64,000 bases of DNA from Eledone cirrhosa (GCA_964016885.1 OZ024740.1:406286001-406350000), one strand, 5' to 3'; positions 23,648 to 37,026 are shown, counted from the first letter of the stretch. The notes: a model not told the origin generated them from the sequence alone. Numbers and translations are program-made.

Positions 23648-24760
23648 GGGTTTGTTACACTATTGTTGAAGAGGGCATGATTCTGGCTTTCTGCAAGAGC
23701 ATCTGAATGGGGGAGAGGTCTTGGGGTTGGTGGTGACATGGGCTTTCATATTTTTAGTACAAGAATATCTGAGTTTCACCCTGTGTCTATTAAAGATAGG
23801 TGTGCATTTATGTCCTATAGGAAAGTGTTTGTCTAGGAGTGCCAAAAATGTCTTTCTTACATTAGTTCTAATTCCAAGCGAGAAGGGTGGGCAGAACCAA
23901 ATTATTTTTTGATTTCTATTTTTTCTTTCTACTGGTAATGTGATTAGGAGGGGAGTAAGAAATGTTATCGGAGAAACCACTGTTGGCTAACAAAGTGTTA
24001 TAGTAAGGTACTGCTCTGTCAAAGATGGCTTTGTTAGAAGAAAGATTAGAAAACCTAGTGCTGATGTTTTTAACAAAGTTTTTAAAGACCATAGTTGGGT
24101 GACACAAGTCCTTGTGTATATAAGTTAACTTTTCATTAAGATTGTGGAAAGGTCTGAATGTGTGTGTGTGAAGGTCTAGGTTTATGCCTAAATAGTTGAT
24201 GCTAATCAGATTGGTGGCTTCAGTGTAACACACCCACAGTCGCTTATGAGGCTGAAGTTACATCCACTCGGATGAATCAACAGTAGGAGGTCAAAACATA
24301 TATGGGTATGTTGGAGTGTCAGCCATACAGAAATGGAGCAGTGTCCTGTAAGTTGTGTATTGATGAAAGAGTGAATATCTTGCAGAGGTTACATAACAGT
24401 ACTTGCCTTAACACAAAGCTGATTTTTTTAATCACTGCTTCCATGTTGTGAATTTTCTGTTACATAACCGGAAGGACCCAGGATAACCAAAAGTTTAACC
24501 CAGACTGAACTAACACAAACGAAAGTTGTTCTCCTACAACAGTCTCATTTGGGTTGTCCCTCTTGTCATCAAAATACTAACATCAGCCATGCAGTATCCA
24601 GTCAGCTTATAGACACTTATGTTCTCACTGCAATGGTTGAAAATCACTCTGATGAAACATGTCCTCGAATATGGCTAGCTAATTTGTTGTGGAACTAACT
24701 CTATACTGAACTCATCTTTTGGACTGAGTGCGCAACCAACTACGGATATAATCTCCCATA
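23648..24760. mobile_element. Decayed Penelope-like (Naiad-like) element with 5' inversion
   Basis: Minus 24220-23648: INYLGINLDL, HPT, IIWFCPPFS, IFNRHRVKLRYSC, CSCRKPESCPL; plus from 24221: QCNTPTVAYEAEV..TYMGM..QPY...CKLCIDE..LN (GIY-YIG); right boundary approximate. Confidence 0.85.
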
Positions 24761-25648
24761 CACACAGTAATACATATACATAGGTACACACACACACAGA
24801 CATAGCAATATTGGCAGCAGGTTCAATATTGTAATATTATCTGTGATATACGTTGTTCTCCCTCCCTTTCTTTTATTTTTTTTTTTGTTAAGTTGTTACG
24901 CGCGCGCGCACGCACACACACACACACACACACGCGCGCGCGCGCTATCTATGTACTGGTTTGCAACATAATTGAGGGCTTTACTCCTGATGTTTTCTAA
25001 AATATCTGCTGCTGTAGTTTGTCAGGTACTGCTGACCTTATTTGTGTATCATTGTCTTTTTCAGTTCTGTCATGGAAAGGTCATCAATTCAGAGCAGTTG
25101 AAACAATAATAGATTATTTTCTTTTCTCTTGTTAACTCTGTTTACAAGAACTCATTTGATCCGTGTGGACAAAGGATGGCTTCATTTGCACAATCTATGT
25201 ACATTGTAATTATAATTCTCCATATTGTTTTACTACTCTTATTTACTTTTCCATTTGTTACCGAGTTGAAACCCAAAGATATGTACATATATGCATGCAC
25301 ATACATAAACACATGCATGAAGACATTTACTTTGCTCTCCCCAATTCTCTTTCCTCTTTCTCATGCTCGCTTCTTTTGTCTGTCATTCTTGGATATTTCC
25401 CATCAACCTTTTCACTCTCAGGACTTTTCTTTTCCTCTACTCATTTTTATCCTCTGGCCACATTTTTTCTATTTTCCTCATGATTTTCACATCTTTCTTT
25501 TTATTTCTCAAACTTGGTGTTAATTTCATTTCCACCTCTCTTTATTTTTTTTCAATTAAATTTTTAACGTTTAAAAGACAATATTATATCAAAGGATTAA
25601 TTGTGAGGTTAAGAAGTTGCTGTGCAACCTTGTGGTTAGATGTGCATG

Positions 25649-25863
25649 CTAACCCTTTAGCATTTAAACCGGCCATATCTGGCCAGAATTCTTTCACCTC
25701 TTTCTGTTCAAACCAGCTGTAACTAGCCATGCATACTGACATCAAGGTATTGTTCTCAAAATAAATAATATCAAAATCTCATAGATTCAATATTATGTGA
25801 GATAAAGCCTTTACCATGAAAATATAATAGTAAATATAGATAATGTAAATGCTAAAAAGTTAA
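25649..25863 (+). mobile_element. TTAA-flanked MITE family 1
   Basis: ctaaccctttagcattta ... taaatgctaaaaagttaa. Confidence 0.85.
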
Positions 25864-26583
25864 GCAGTGGAGAACAAGTGACTGGGAACTGTAGTAACTA
25901 AAGGATGTAAAGAATACTTGTACATTGCTCCCCCAGTGATATGAGCACAAACAGTGCCATTAGAACCCTAGGTGCAAGCAGCAGATAAAATAGAGAAAGC
26001 ATTGTCCTGGAGGATGGCAAGAGAGGAACGTTAAAACAGCCATTCTAGCTTGCAGGGCTCACTCCTGTGTGTAGCCCATTCTGCCCCAATAGCAATTACT
26101 AAGGTGTGGTACAGGGACCAAGAACACTGGAAGTCCCCATTACTATAGGTTCAACAACAAACCTGTCAAGAAATAGCTGAAACTTCAACAGCTGTTATCC
26201 CTCAAAATTCTTTCTTTAAAATTATTTGTATCTTTCATTAGAAATATGGTAACAAAAGGGTTAATCAGATGAAAGATGCAGCGTTATATTTATAGACTCT
26301 CTGAAACTGGCAAGTTCAATATGATTAATATTCAGTTAGAACATCTATAAGCCAATGTCTGCATGGAAAATGGAGGCAGGGTAAGTATTTCTAGAGGGTG
26401 GAGATAAAAGAACCCATTAGCAGTTAAAGAGGGTTTGGAGGTAAACACAATAAGAATGGCAAAGGAAGAAGAGAAGGGTGTGTTGGTTGTTACTGGGTGA
26501 ATATGGTATGCAGCTAGCTAGTTCAGAGTAGAAGCCATTGCTGTAGCAATTGAAAAAGATGCTTTATATTAGACTGAATTCAA

Positions 26584-26823
26584 TTAACCCCTTTGACACC
26601 AAACCACCTGAAACTGCCCTTGGTTCTATGATACACCCATTTTAATGAGTTTCATTTAAAGTAAAATCTTCCAGCATAATTTGACATAAGAACCATTTGT
26701 TAAATTGTATTACAAATACCCTCTTAATAATGAACTAAATAATTATTTCAGGAAATCCCTGTATATTCATCCTTAACTCAAATACAGTGTATTTCATTAG
26801 AAAAATGGTAATGAAAGGATTAA
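26584..26823 (-). mobile_element. TTAA-flanked MITE family 2
   Basis: ttaacccctttgacaccaaacc ... gtaatgaaaggattaa. Confidence 0.7.
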
Positions 26824-27149
26824 ACAAACCCTGTCTCAGGAAGGAGGTGGGGAATAACCTGGTTCCTAAGAAATCATTATGATGCATAAATGAAAAAAGA
26901 AATAGTCTGTAGAAACTGGTGTTGATTTGTGTCAGCAAAATTATATAGTGAAGTTCATGAAGAGAGTTTGGATAAATATGTTTGTTGTAGAGAAAAGAGA
27001 AAGCTAATGTTTGTCTGAGAGAGAAAATTTTACTCTAAAACAAAGAGACAGACATGATCTCACCAACATATCAACATTTAACAACCATTTTGCCATGTTG
27101 GAATAGGTTGGACAAAACTGATGAACTTCACATCATTATTAGCCACTCT

Positions 27150-27331
27150 GTGAATTGGCAATATCGGTAGAGGGTCGGACACCATGCTGTGACACATAGA
27201 GTTACGGCCCTTACCATTCTGAGTTCAAATCCCGCCGAGGTTAACTTTGCCTTTCATCCTTACGGGGTCGATAAAATAAAGTACCAGTAATGTACTGGGT
27301 AATTGCTGGCCTTGTGCCAATAGTAGAAACA
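27150..27331 (+). mobile_element. SINE family A, near full-length
   Basis: 15-bp TSD attattagccactct at 27135-27149 and 27332-27346. Confidence 0.92.
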
Positions 27332-27877
27332 ATTATTAGCCACTCTTTGAAATTCATAATTGGCTAAGATGATTCTTTCAAAATACAATATCTATCATAT
27401 AATATAAATGTATAATGCAGGAATTTTCAAGTGTATATGCATAAATACAAATATGTGTGTTATCATCACCATTGCCATTTATATCTGTTTTCCATGGTCA
27501 TGCAGGCAGACATTATGCATATGTTTATATCATCATCATTGTTTTTCCAACTCCTTTTTCCATGCTAAAATAGGTTGGATGACACATTTTGGGGTAGTTT
27601 TTCTATAGATGCTATTTTTGACACCAGCCCATACTTTACTTTAAGAATAACATGGGACAAATGAACAAAAGCATTTATCTTCTTCAGCCACTTCCATGTA
27701 ATTACTGCATAATGTTGAGACCATGTTGCATAATAGACTGGGAAAATCTGCTAGAAAGATGCATATGAGAAAACACGACATAGAAACAGAGGACAATAAG
27801 TAAGTGTCTTGACTGGAAACGAGACAGGATATGGTATGGCAAATTGTACCCGCCCACATACACACACACACACATAC

Positions 27878-28015
27878 AAGGCTTCCTTAGTTTCCATCCA
27901 TCAAATTCATTTACGAGGTATCAATTGACTCAAGCTATAGTAGAAGACAAGGTGACATACAATGAGATGCAACCCAAACCTATATGATGGTAAAGTAAGT
28001 TTCTTAACCATACAG
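27878..28015 (-). mobile_element. Degenerate SINE family C
   Basis: ggcttccttagtttccatcc..caaattca...gctatagtagaagaca...aacccaaacc...cttaacca. Confidence 0.55.
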
Positions 28016-28088
28016 CAATACTTCCATGTGTGCATATTTTAAATATAAAAAAATAGTCAATAATTGCCTTCAATGTATTTATAAAACA

Positions 28089-28865
28089 CTAGAAGTGGTA
28101 CCCGGCGTTGCACGGGATAAAGTATTTTGGAACGCGGGCCGCCAACAAACCTAATCGTGGAAAAACTGCATGCCTGGACAATATGTAAAGAAAATAAACC
28201 GAATACTCTGATGGCTGGATAATCTTTAAGATTTTTCTCGATGAAGCAGGAAAAATGCAGGTTTTCACCTAATGCGGGCCCTAGGGGATCAAGAAATGAA
28301 TTTTTTTTTATGTGCATAATATGCTTTGAAATTTCGGGAAAATCGGCTAGATGTAACGCCTCAAAAGGGCCCTAAAAAGCTGGGGGAAAAATGAAGTTTT
28401 TCACCTAATGCAGGCCCTAGGCCATAAAAAAGTTGGATTTTTTTATGTGCATAACACTCCCTGAAACATAATACACATGTAAAGTTTGAAAAAAGTCGGT
28501 TGGGTACTTCTCGAGTTTTAGGGATTCAAACTCACAGACAGACACAGACACACACATCCTCAGGGAAGTGACGTAATGCAGACAGTCAGACATACAGACA
28601 GATATTATAAGGGCGCGACGTTATATGTATGTATCTATCTAAAAAGAGAAAGACTAAGAATTATAGAGAGAGACCGCTAAATCACCTAATGCTGTCCCTA
28701 GGGCATTAAAAATTTGAAATTTTTTTTTTGCTCAGAACACTCCCTGAAACATAAATATTACATGTGTAAAGTTTGAAAACAGTCGGTTGGGTGCTTCTCG
28801 AGCTTTAGGGATTCAAACTCACACACACACAGACAGACATCCTCAGTTTTATATATATATATAGA
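28089..28865 (-). mobile_element. Non-autonomous Helitron
   Basis: Minus strand: A|TCTATATATATATATAAAACTGAGGATGTCTGTC ... CCCGTGCAACGCCGGG (hairpin) TACCACTT CTAG|T; inserted in AT with no TSD; internal direct repeats of about 160 bp (28401-28563, 28682-28845). Confidence 0.9.
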
Positions 28866-29909
28866 TATGCCACAGGGGCATATAACAATAAGACTTATAA
28901 AAACAACATTTTGCAATACAAGTCCCATCTTTCTTAACACTGTTTCTTAAGCTTTGATATATTTGTCACATTAATAATTCAACTTGTCTACAGCTAAAAA
29001 TTAAGTCTCATAAACTGTTTCAGTCCTACCACTGTTGCATTCCAAACATTGTCAGCTTACATACGTAAGCACGTATAAGAGTCTAACAAAGGATAATAGA
29101 CCTAATACCACAGAAAAATATTTTCTCAATCGATCAAGTCCCAGCCATCCTAATTAATTGAAGTTCCATGATTGTAAGCACACACATAACATAAAGGAGG
29201 AAAGGCAATACCCTTGACTTTTTTCTGGGCCTCCAAGACTGGTGTGTAAAGAAGTTGTCCTCAGACTGTAGACCTAGCCCAAATATGCTTGCACCCGTCG
29301 ACTCAGCTAAAATTATACAAAGGCCAGGTGACAGATTAAGTCTTATATTCTTAAGCCAAAGACAACAAATTTTATAAGGAAGTATCATTACTTTGACTCC
29401 CTTTTCTTAATCCACTTCAGACAATCATATTATATAAGTGGCTTCAACATTTATCCAACAACAAATATGGAAAAAGATAGCTAGAAAACAATGCCATTTC
29501 CTATATGTTAAACACAATCAATAACATTTAGAAACACTCCAAAGATCCCCAATAAAAACCAAGGAAAATGATTATTTACAATGACTCAGAATATTATTTG
29601 CTAATCCTTAGATAATATGTTCTTCATGCCTCTTATAACTTGCTTTAAAATACTTTTTATATTGGCACTCAAACCAGTAACTGCACTATGTAAATATTTC
29701 ACCATTAAAGTTTGATTAACTTTAGCAATCTGAATTCTGTAAGAGTAGAAGAGCTTATCTAGTTTGAATAATTGATAAGTTATTGGATAGTGAAACCTAT
29801 GAAGGTTAATGTGACATTTACCTGTATCTATGAGGTTACTACTACAGTTTATGAGAAGAGTTCAGCATAAAAAGAGTCAAGAAAGTAAATGAGCATCAAA
29901 AACATATGT

Positions 29910-30190
29910 TGGTGGCTTAGTAGTTAGGGTGTTCAACTCACGATTGTTAGGTCATGAGTTCAATACTTGGACACAGTTGTGCATTGTGTCTTTGAGCAAA
30001 ATGCTTTATTTCATGTTGCTCCAGTCTACTCAGCTGGCAAAAATGGGTTGTACCTGTAATTCAAGGGGCCAGATATGTCACTCGTTGTGTCATGCTGATT
30101 CTGCCTTTAAACTATGTTAAAGATGTATGTATTTGTGGAATGGACAGCCACTTACGTGTTAATTTCATAAGCAGGTAGTTCTGTTGATTG
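29910..30190 (+). mobile_element. tRNA-derived SINE family D (V-domain-like)
   Basis: tggcttagtagttaggg (A box), gagttcaatac (B box), then gtgtctttgagcaaaatgcttta..gctccagtctactcagctg. Confidence 0.65.
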
Positions 30191-30458
30191 AATCATCTGG
30201 AGCACCAGAAACAACGGAGGTCTAACAACAACATAGGTATGTAATAGCATCTTTCTAATAAAAATATTATGAATTGTTGGTACTGGGTTACTGTGTCAAA
30301 ACAAGATGGAAGAAAACTGAAGGGAATTGCTAAAAATCCAAACGCATTGAGCCTCATATTAAAGAAGTCCCTCCTCCCAAAGTATAACAATATCTGTTTC
30401 AACACATGATTTCAAATCAAGAATCTTCCAAAACAAATACAAAAGCAATTATGTCCCT

Positions 30459-30582
30459 TTACGGTCCGAGTTCAAATCTCACTGAGGTTAACTTTGCCTT
30501 TCATCCTTACGAGGTCGATAAAATAAAGTACCAGTAATGTACTGGGTAATTGCTGGCCTTGTGCCAAAAGTAGAAACAATTA
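30459..30582 (+). mobile_element. SINE family A, 5'-truncated
   Basis: gagttcaaatctcactgaggttaactttgcctttcatcc...gtagaaacaattat. Confidence 0.85.
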
Positions 30583-31849
30583 TATCGGAAAATGTTAAGA
30601 GGTAAAATTCATTCATATTTTTACAAACTACTTGAGTGCAAAATATGAATTTAAGACATTTTAGTCTTGAAAATTCATAAGTATTATAATTAAATAAGAC
30701 TTAATTTTTTAAATAGTTCTTTGTAACAATATTCTTTTATAACTGCATTTTGTGAACACCTTTCAACACTAACTTCTCTTTTACTTTTTCTTTTCTTTTT
30801 TTACTTTTTTTTCTCTCAATTCGACCATGCATTACTATATAATCTTTCAACTCTGCTATCTACACAATACAGCAGGAGATGAGAGAAATATTTTACTTGA
30901 GGAAAACTATTCTGCTTTATAGTGACTATACAAAACAATTGACCTTTTAATAAGTGAGTCTTTGTATGTAAAAAAAATATAGCTTGCAGCTCATAAAATA
31001 AGCTTTAAGTTGAATGTTAAGTTTAAATATAGTGGAATTCTTTTACATCACAAGATAAAATGAGAAAAGAGATACATCAAATACACTATTGCAATCTAGA
31101 ATTTTCATTTTCTGAGCTATAACTTGATAGACGACTGAGTGAAAAAGAAAAATCACAAAACCCCCCTAAAATTCTGGTGGTCAACGTTTCTAAAGCAGAA
31201 AAACGGAGGGTGGTGGGGAGATGCAAAGAACTATAGTGTATAAAAAGGATTTCTGGCGAAACTTTTTGTTTTGGGATTTTATATTTCAAACAAACATGTA
31301 TTATTTTGTAAAACATGTTAGGTTTGTGTGGAATGTGTTTTCAATTTGTCTTTTAAAGTTATGTTTTGAACAACTCTCGAACACATTTAATAGGACGAGG
31401 AATAAAGTAAATAATCAGCAATAAAACTTAAAATTCCAAGTAGATGGTGAATGAAAAAGTTATGTTTCTTAGATGGGTCATTTAATTCACCATCTTCTGG
31501 CACTAGAAATGATAAAATACTAGACTAAATGCCTTGTAGTATTTAACTACATCTTTTTGTAGCCACATTCATCATCATCATCCTCGTTTAACGTCCACTT
31601 TCCTCACTAGCATGGGTTAGATATATATATATATATATATATCAAAATGAAAATCCGAAGGCAAGGTAAAATTCCAATCATTTAATCACGACACATGTTT
31701 CAATAAGAGATAGATTGATTATGAAGCCACGATCAATTATCACTGATCTCATCAGGTGAAAATGAATTGTCTTCAAATTTCTTGATATGAGGGAGAAAAA
31801 ACGATGTTACCTCACATAATTCATTCCTCATATGGAGACACACCAGTCA

Positions 31850-34401
31850 GATAGACACAATAGACACTTGGAGGAATTCGAGACTGAAATGTCTAACAAA
31901 GTGTCCAACCTTATGTTTAGGAAAAACCCACTCAGGAGAAATAGTTACCAGAGACGACTGAATGGTGATGTAGTAAAATTGAAGAACTCGACCGGCATTT
32001 TGGCGCACGCAGACAAGACTAGCAACCTGTACGATATGGATAGAGTAACTTATGATGATTTAATAACCAGAGAACTTAGGAAAAGCTACAGAAAAACTAC
32101 GCGGGCCAACCTGGATTTAATTAACACGGAGGCCAATAGCGTCATGATTAAACAGGGTATTGAGGATAAAACCGAACCCTTCCATCCTAGAACCACGAGG
32201 ATTTTGCTGAAGGACCACAAATTGAACTTTGAATCATTAAGACCTGTCAGGCTGATAGCCCCTTCGAAGTCAGACATAGGAATCGTAAGTAAAAACATCC
32301 TTGATAAGATAATCCCCACCCTAGTTAGGAGATCGAAGCTCAAGTTGTGGTCAGGAACTAGTGAGGTAATTAACTGGTTTGAGAAATCGCAGAATAAGAA
32401 TAGCACTAAGTTTATACAGTTCGATATCTCTAATTACTACTCTTCAATCTCTCCAACTCTTCTAGGTAGGGCCCTTAACTTTGCTAGCTTACACACCGAC
32501 CTTACATCCGAGGAAATTAGCATTATCCTCCTAGCTAGAAAAACCTTAATTGAGTTCAATGGTGACCTGTGGACTAGGAGGGATTGGCCGGATAATTTCG
32601 ACATCACCATGGGATCCTCGGACTCAGCCCAGGTGACTGATCTGGTGGGCCGTTACCTCCTTGACTGTCTCGGAGCTGAGATGCCCCACTTGGGAGGCGG
32701 CGCTTACCGCGATGACGTCTTGTTTACTGTGTCGTTCCATAGTAATAGTATGGTAGAGAGGGTGAGGAAAAAACTTAGTAAATTCTTCAAGAGCATAGAC
32801 CTAAGTATAGTATTTGAAGAGAATTTAAAAATAGTTAATTTTCTAGATGTTACACTTAACCTTAATTCAAGACTCTTCCAACCTTACCACAAACCTAACG
32901 AGAATCTAAACTATGTCAACGCAAAATCGAACCACCCTAGAATAGTCACTAACGGTATTACCAAAAGCGTCTTGAGTAGAATTTCAGGACTTTCTTCCAA
33001 TGTAGATACCTTTAATAAGATCTCGAATTACTATAATAGCGCCCTGGAACGCGCAGAACATAGCGAGGGAATCTCATTCAAACGTCCATTAAATAGTAGT
33101 AGTAACTTTGTTCGCGATAGCTTAGGCCTTTATGGTGACACTAGTTAACAGCAGGCAGGATACGAGGGAGGTTTCACATAGTCTTCATGCTGTACTGCCG
33201 CCTAGTTTCAATGCTGTTGGTACTAATAGAAACAGCCACCAAGGTACTAACACGGGGTCTGAGCAACGTAACGCCAGCGGAAACTCTAGTAGTAACCTTA
33301 ATTGTGGAACCGATAGAACTACCGTTGAACGCAGTATGGAACGAGGGTCGAGTAGGAGGAATTGGGACAGGTGTAGCAGACGCATAGCTGATACAACCTT
33401 AGCTATCGAGGGTAACCCCAATAGCCGCATGGGGGTTACACCGCCCTGGAGACTTGGGACGATTCCGAACACAATCGTGACACCCCTGGACACCACCGAC
33501 CCACAGGTAATTTCCAGTTACAATAGACTGGATACTACTAGGGTGAGTAGTAATTCTAATATAGTTAGTAGGAACAGGAGGCATCGGACCAGAAGTCCTG
33601 TGGTTTAATCCCCCTTACTCCACTGGCCTGACCAGTAGTATAGCTAAGCTTTTCTTTAGGGCCTTAGACAATTGCTTCCCTAGATCGCACAGATATTATA
33701 CAATATTCAATAGAAATACTATCAAGTTGTCCTACTCCACAACTAGTAACATAGCTCAGAATATAGCTAAGATGAATTTTAGTAGACTTAAGACAGCCAA
33801 TGAGGGATTTAGGCATGGCAGGAACAATGGCAGCTCTATTGAGGAACTGACTCATACACGTGAGGCGAGTCGGGTCGCCCCTACCCCGGGGAATTTACCC
33901 ATAGAGCAGACTGGAACTGAGACCCGACCCCAAAGGTACCATGGTCCTTCCCAAACCACCCAGATCGATAGCAGAAAATGCAACTGCAGAAGTACTGCCA
34001 CCTGCCCCTTGGCTGGGAAATGCCTTACCAAAAACACAGTCTACGACTGTAAGGTCTCCACTCCTGATAGAACTTTTAGGTATGTTGGGGCAACTGCCAC
34101 TGAATTTAAGGATAGATGGTATAATCACCGCCATACCTTTAATAGATTAGATAAGAAAAATAGCACGGCACTTTCGGAATTAGTCTGGAAGCTTAAACTT
34201 CAGAATATAGAGCACTCCTTATCCTGGTCCATAGTTTGTTCAGCCCAACCTTATAATAACAGCACTGGCGTCTGCAATTTATGTATAGCTGAAACTTTCA
34301 ATATTGTTAGAGGCGGCCCCTTGTTAATTAATAGAAGAGCGATTTTTTCAGCAACTGTCAACATAGAACCTCTAAAACCTTCCGCAGGATTTTTGGAAGG
34401 T
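31850..34401 (+). pseudogene. PLE polyprotein (RT + Cys motif + GIY-YIG endonuclease), 5'-truncated, about 3 frameshifts
   Basis: ADKTSNLY, FDISNYYSSI, DITMGS, YRDD, NFLDVTLNL, SNHP; VLWFNPPYS at about 33595; CNCRSTATCPLAGKC, VY..YVG, CNLC; shifts near 33140, 33590, 34340. The ATG at 31832 lies in the inverted arm, so it is not the real start. Confidence 0.92.
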
Positions 34402-35961
34402 AACCTACCAATAACTCCTCCCTCTCTACTTTAGCCCTAGAGTCCTCTCAATAAACGGACAGTCACACACTTAGGTAGTTAGACGGCTAAGATTGTTTGC
34501 GCACTTGCAAAGATACTCGGCATGTTTCCACGGAGTTCTCATAGCTGAGTGCTCTCTTTTAAAATACCTAGCTAGTAAATAGTTAGATTGATTACACACT
34601 TAGTTAGGACCGATTACGCTCCCTATACATAGCTCTACACACAGTACCCGCTTCCTTTAGACATTGAGCTCCAATATTTACGAATGTCACGTTCCCACCG
34701 ACTGAACTCTACACCAGGTTTTGATGCGTGATCATCTAACCATGGAGGACTCATTGTTACGGATTGAACAATGATACTGACACCATTAATGGGCTTACAC
34801 ACATTCACTGTCCTGTATTTTCTTACTTCACCTTTTTGCTGAATAACACACCTCCACCACTCAAACAACTATCTTAAAAGCTCATTGGCCCATGTGGCGG
34901 GAGATCGCACTTGCGGACTCATTTACCCTATACCCAACCCTACATAGAGCCCTTTGCCGGCCCACACTGCAGTTGCTTGCACGCACGGATTTGGTTATTT
35001 TGATTCTCAACTGGACAGCGGTACACAAGTTCATGAGCTGATTGCTTGCTCTTCACATGGATGTGTATATACCTGGACATTTTGGGGGGACGATTCGGAT
35101 GTGTGTATACTTTTTACCATAACACACTTGAAGATATGGAAGTTACAATTGGATCTATACGCGTATAGCAGAACATTGAACTGAACTTACTTGCGCGCAC
35201 GCACGTGTATGTGTGTATATGTGTGTAGCGTTGGTTAACCCAATATTTCCAATCTACATCATCAAATTGAGCTCTTCACATGGATATGTATATACCCAGA
35301 CTTCCATTTTTTTGGCTGATTCGGATGCGTATATACCTTTTGCCATAACACACACTTGAAGATATGGATGTTACAATAGGATCTTTACACGTACAGCAGA
35401 ACACTGAACTGAATTTATTTGCGCGCACGCGCTTGTGTCTCTGTGTATATGTGTGTAGCGTTGGTTAACTTAACATTTCCGATTTACATCGTCAAATTGA
35501 GATTTGACCGACATAATTTCTGTTGCTTTACGAACTAACTTTTCGGTGATTGCTGTGTTGGTACATTCTTATATATGCTTTTTCTCGAATGTCGCTTCGG
35601 TGTGTGTTGAGGTGTATGTGTGCCCACCCATGCTAATTCTGCGGATTTAATACTGTGTTGTTGTGTGTATATGTATTTATTTTTATGTATATTTTTATTT
35701 GACCTTGAGCCGATGTATGCGGGTGTGGAGTGTGTGTGTATCCACTTACTTCTAACTGTGACTGACTGCATCCCTACGGATTTGTTTGATGATGTCCAGC
35801 GTCTTTTGCAGCGATGGAATTCTGAAAACTTTTATGACCTCAATTTTAAGCTAATAGCAGTCGCCTCGCCTCTGACTGACTGGTGTGTCTCCATATGAGG
35901 GAATGAATTCTGTGAGGTAACATCGTCTTTTCTCCCTCATATCAAGAAATTTGAAGACAAT

Positions 35962-36049
35962 TCATTTTCACCTGATGAGATCAGTGATAATTGATCGTGG
36001 CTTCACAATCGATCTATCTCTTATTGAAACATGTGTCGTGATTAAATGA
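35962..36049 (+). ncRNA. Type I hammerhead ribozyme, long stem II (mirror copy on minus strand at about 31678-31765)
   Basis: tcac-CTGATGA(35972)-47-nt imperfect hairpin-GAAAC(36026)-ATGT-GTC^gtga; stem I extends tcattt/aaatga. Confidence 0.75.
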
Positions 36050-36656
36050 TTGGAATTTTACCTTGCCTTCGGATTTTCATTTTGATACTTATACTCCCTT
36101 TTACATCATCTAGCTGTTCCCTCGAATTGAATTGGAGATATACAAAAGCGTGGAGAACTTAATATTGCTAACATAAAGTTATTGGACCTTCTTACACAAC
36201 CAATATTGCAACTTACTATATAACATCTATATATATATATATGAGGAAGATAAGTCAGGTCTGAAATGCATAGATGGTTGTCCCCCTTGCTTCAGCTGGT
36301 GTTAGCCCTGGTGTTTGCATAGCTACAGCTTCCTAAGACCGTGTTTCTTTAGAAATACGAAATTTCTATACATATTTGTATGCCTATGCCTGAAGCTAAA
36401 TACTATTTCTATTTTATATATATATATATATATATCATCATTTCATTTTACGTCCGCTTTTTCCCTGCTTGCAAGGGTGGACAGGAACTGATTCTGGCTT
36501 GATTTCTACAGCTGGATGCCCTTCTAACACCCACCTCATTTACATTGAGTGCTGGGTGCTTTTTGCCATGGCACCTCCACGACCACTTTGCAGTGGAATG
36601 ATAGGGACCCCAGCCCCGATCACCTCATTTCTACAGCTGAGTAAACTGTATATATA

Positions 36657-37026
36657 TCATCATCATCATCATCATCATCGTTTAACGTCCGTATTCCACG
36701 CTTGCATGGGTTTGGACGGGAGTTTTCCACTTGAGGCAAGAGTGGTTGTCTTGCTCGCATAGGACTGTCTGGCGGGTTTCTACGGCTGGATGCCCTTCCT
36801 AACACCAACCACATTTACAGTGTGGAACTGGGAGGTTTTACCGTGTTGCCTACACGGCCACATTACAGCGTGGACTGTGTGTTTTTTTTGTCGTGACACC
36901 TACACAACCTCATTTGTTTCGGCCTGGATGTTGTGGTACCAACATAACTTTACATTGAAAGGGGCAGTGTGGATGGGGTGGGGGGTAGTGGGGGGGGACG
37001 GGGGGTGTATTTGTTAGAGGTGCCTA
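36657..37026 (-). mobile_element. RTE-type 3' UTR / derivative (second copy); a shorter related piece lies at 36435-36600
   Basis: Near-identical to 19622-19940; (GAT)n tail. Confidence 0.8.

Larger units (their letters stand above)
31641..36228 (+). mobile_element. Penelope-like element (Naiad-like) with inverted pseudo-LTR, inserted in (TA)n
   Basis: Inverted arms 31641-31850 / 35876-36086, about 140-nt tail, (TA)n on both flanks, RT and GIY-YIG coding remnants. Confidence 0.93.

Noticed and set aside
24575-24670. Possible hammerhead (atcag/ctgat-GAAAC-AT-GTC) in the decayed PLE
   Set aside because: No CUGANGA core or stem I partner upstream; at most a relic
33970-34300. Selenocysteine (UGA) recoding as reported for some Naiad-type PLEs
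   Set aside because: Conserved Cys positions here use ordinary Cys codons; the stop in the 23660 fragment is TAG
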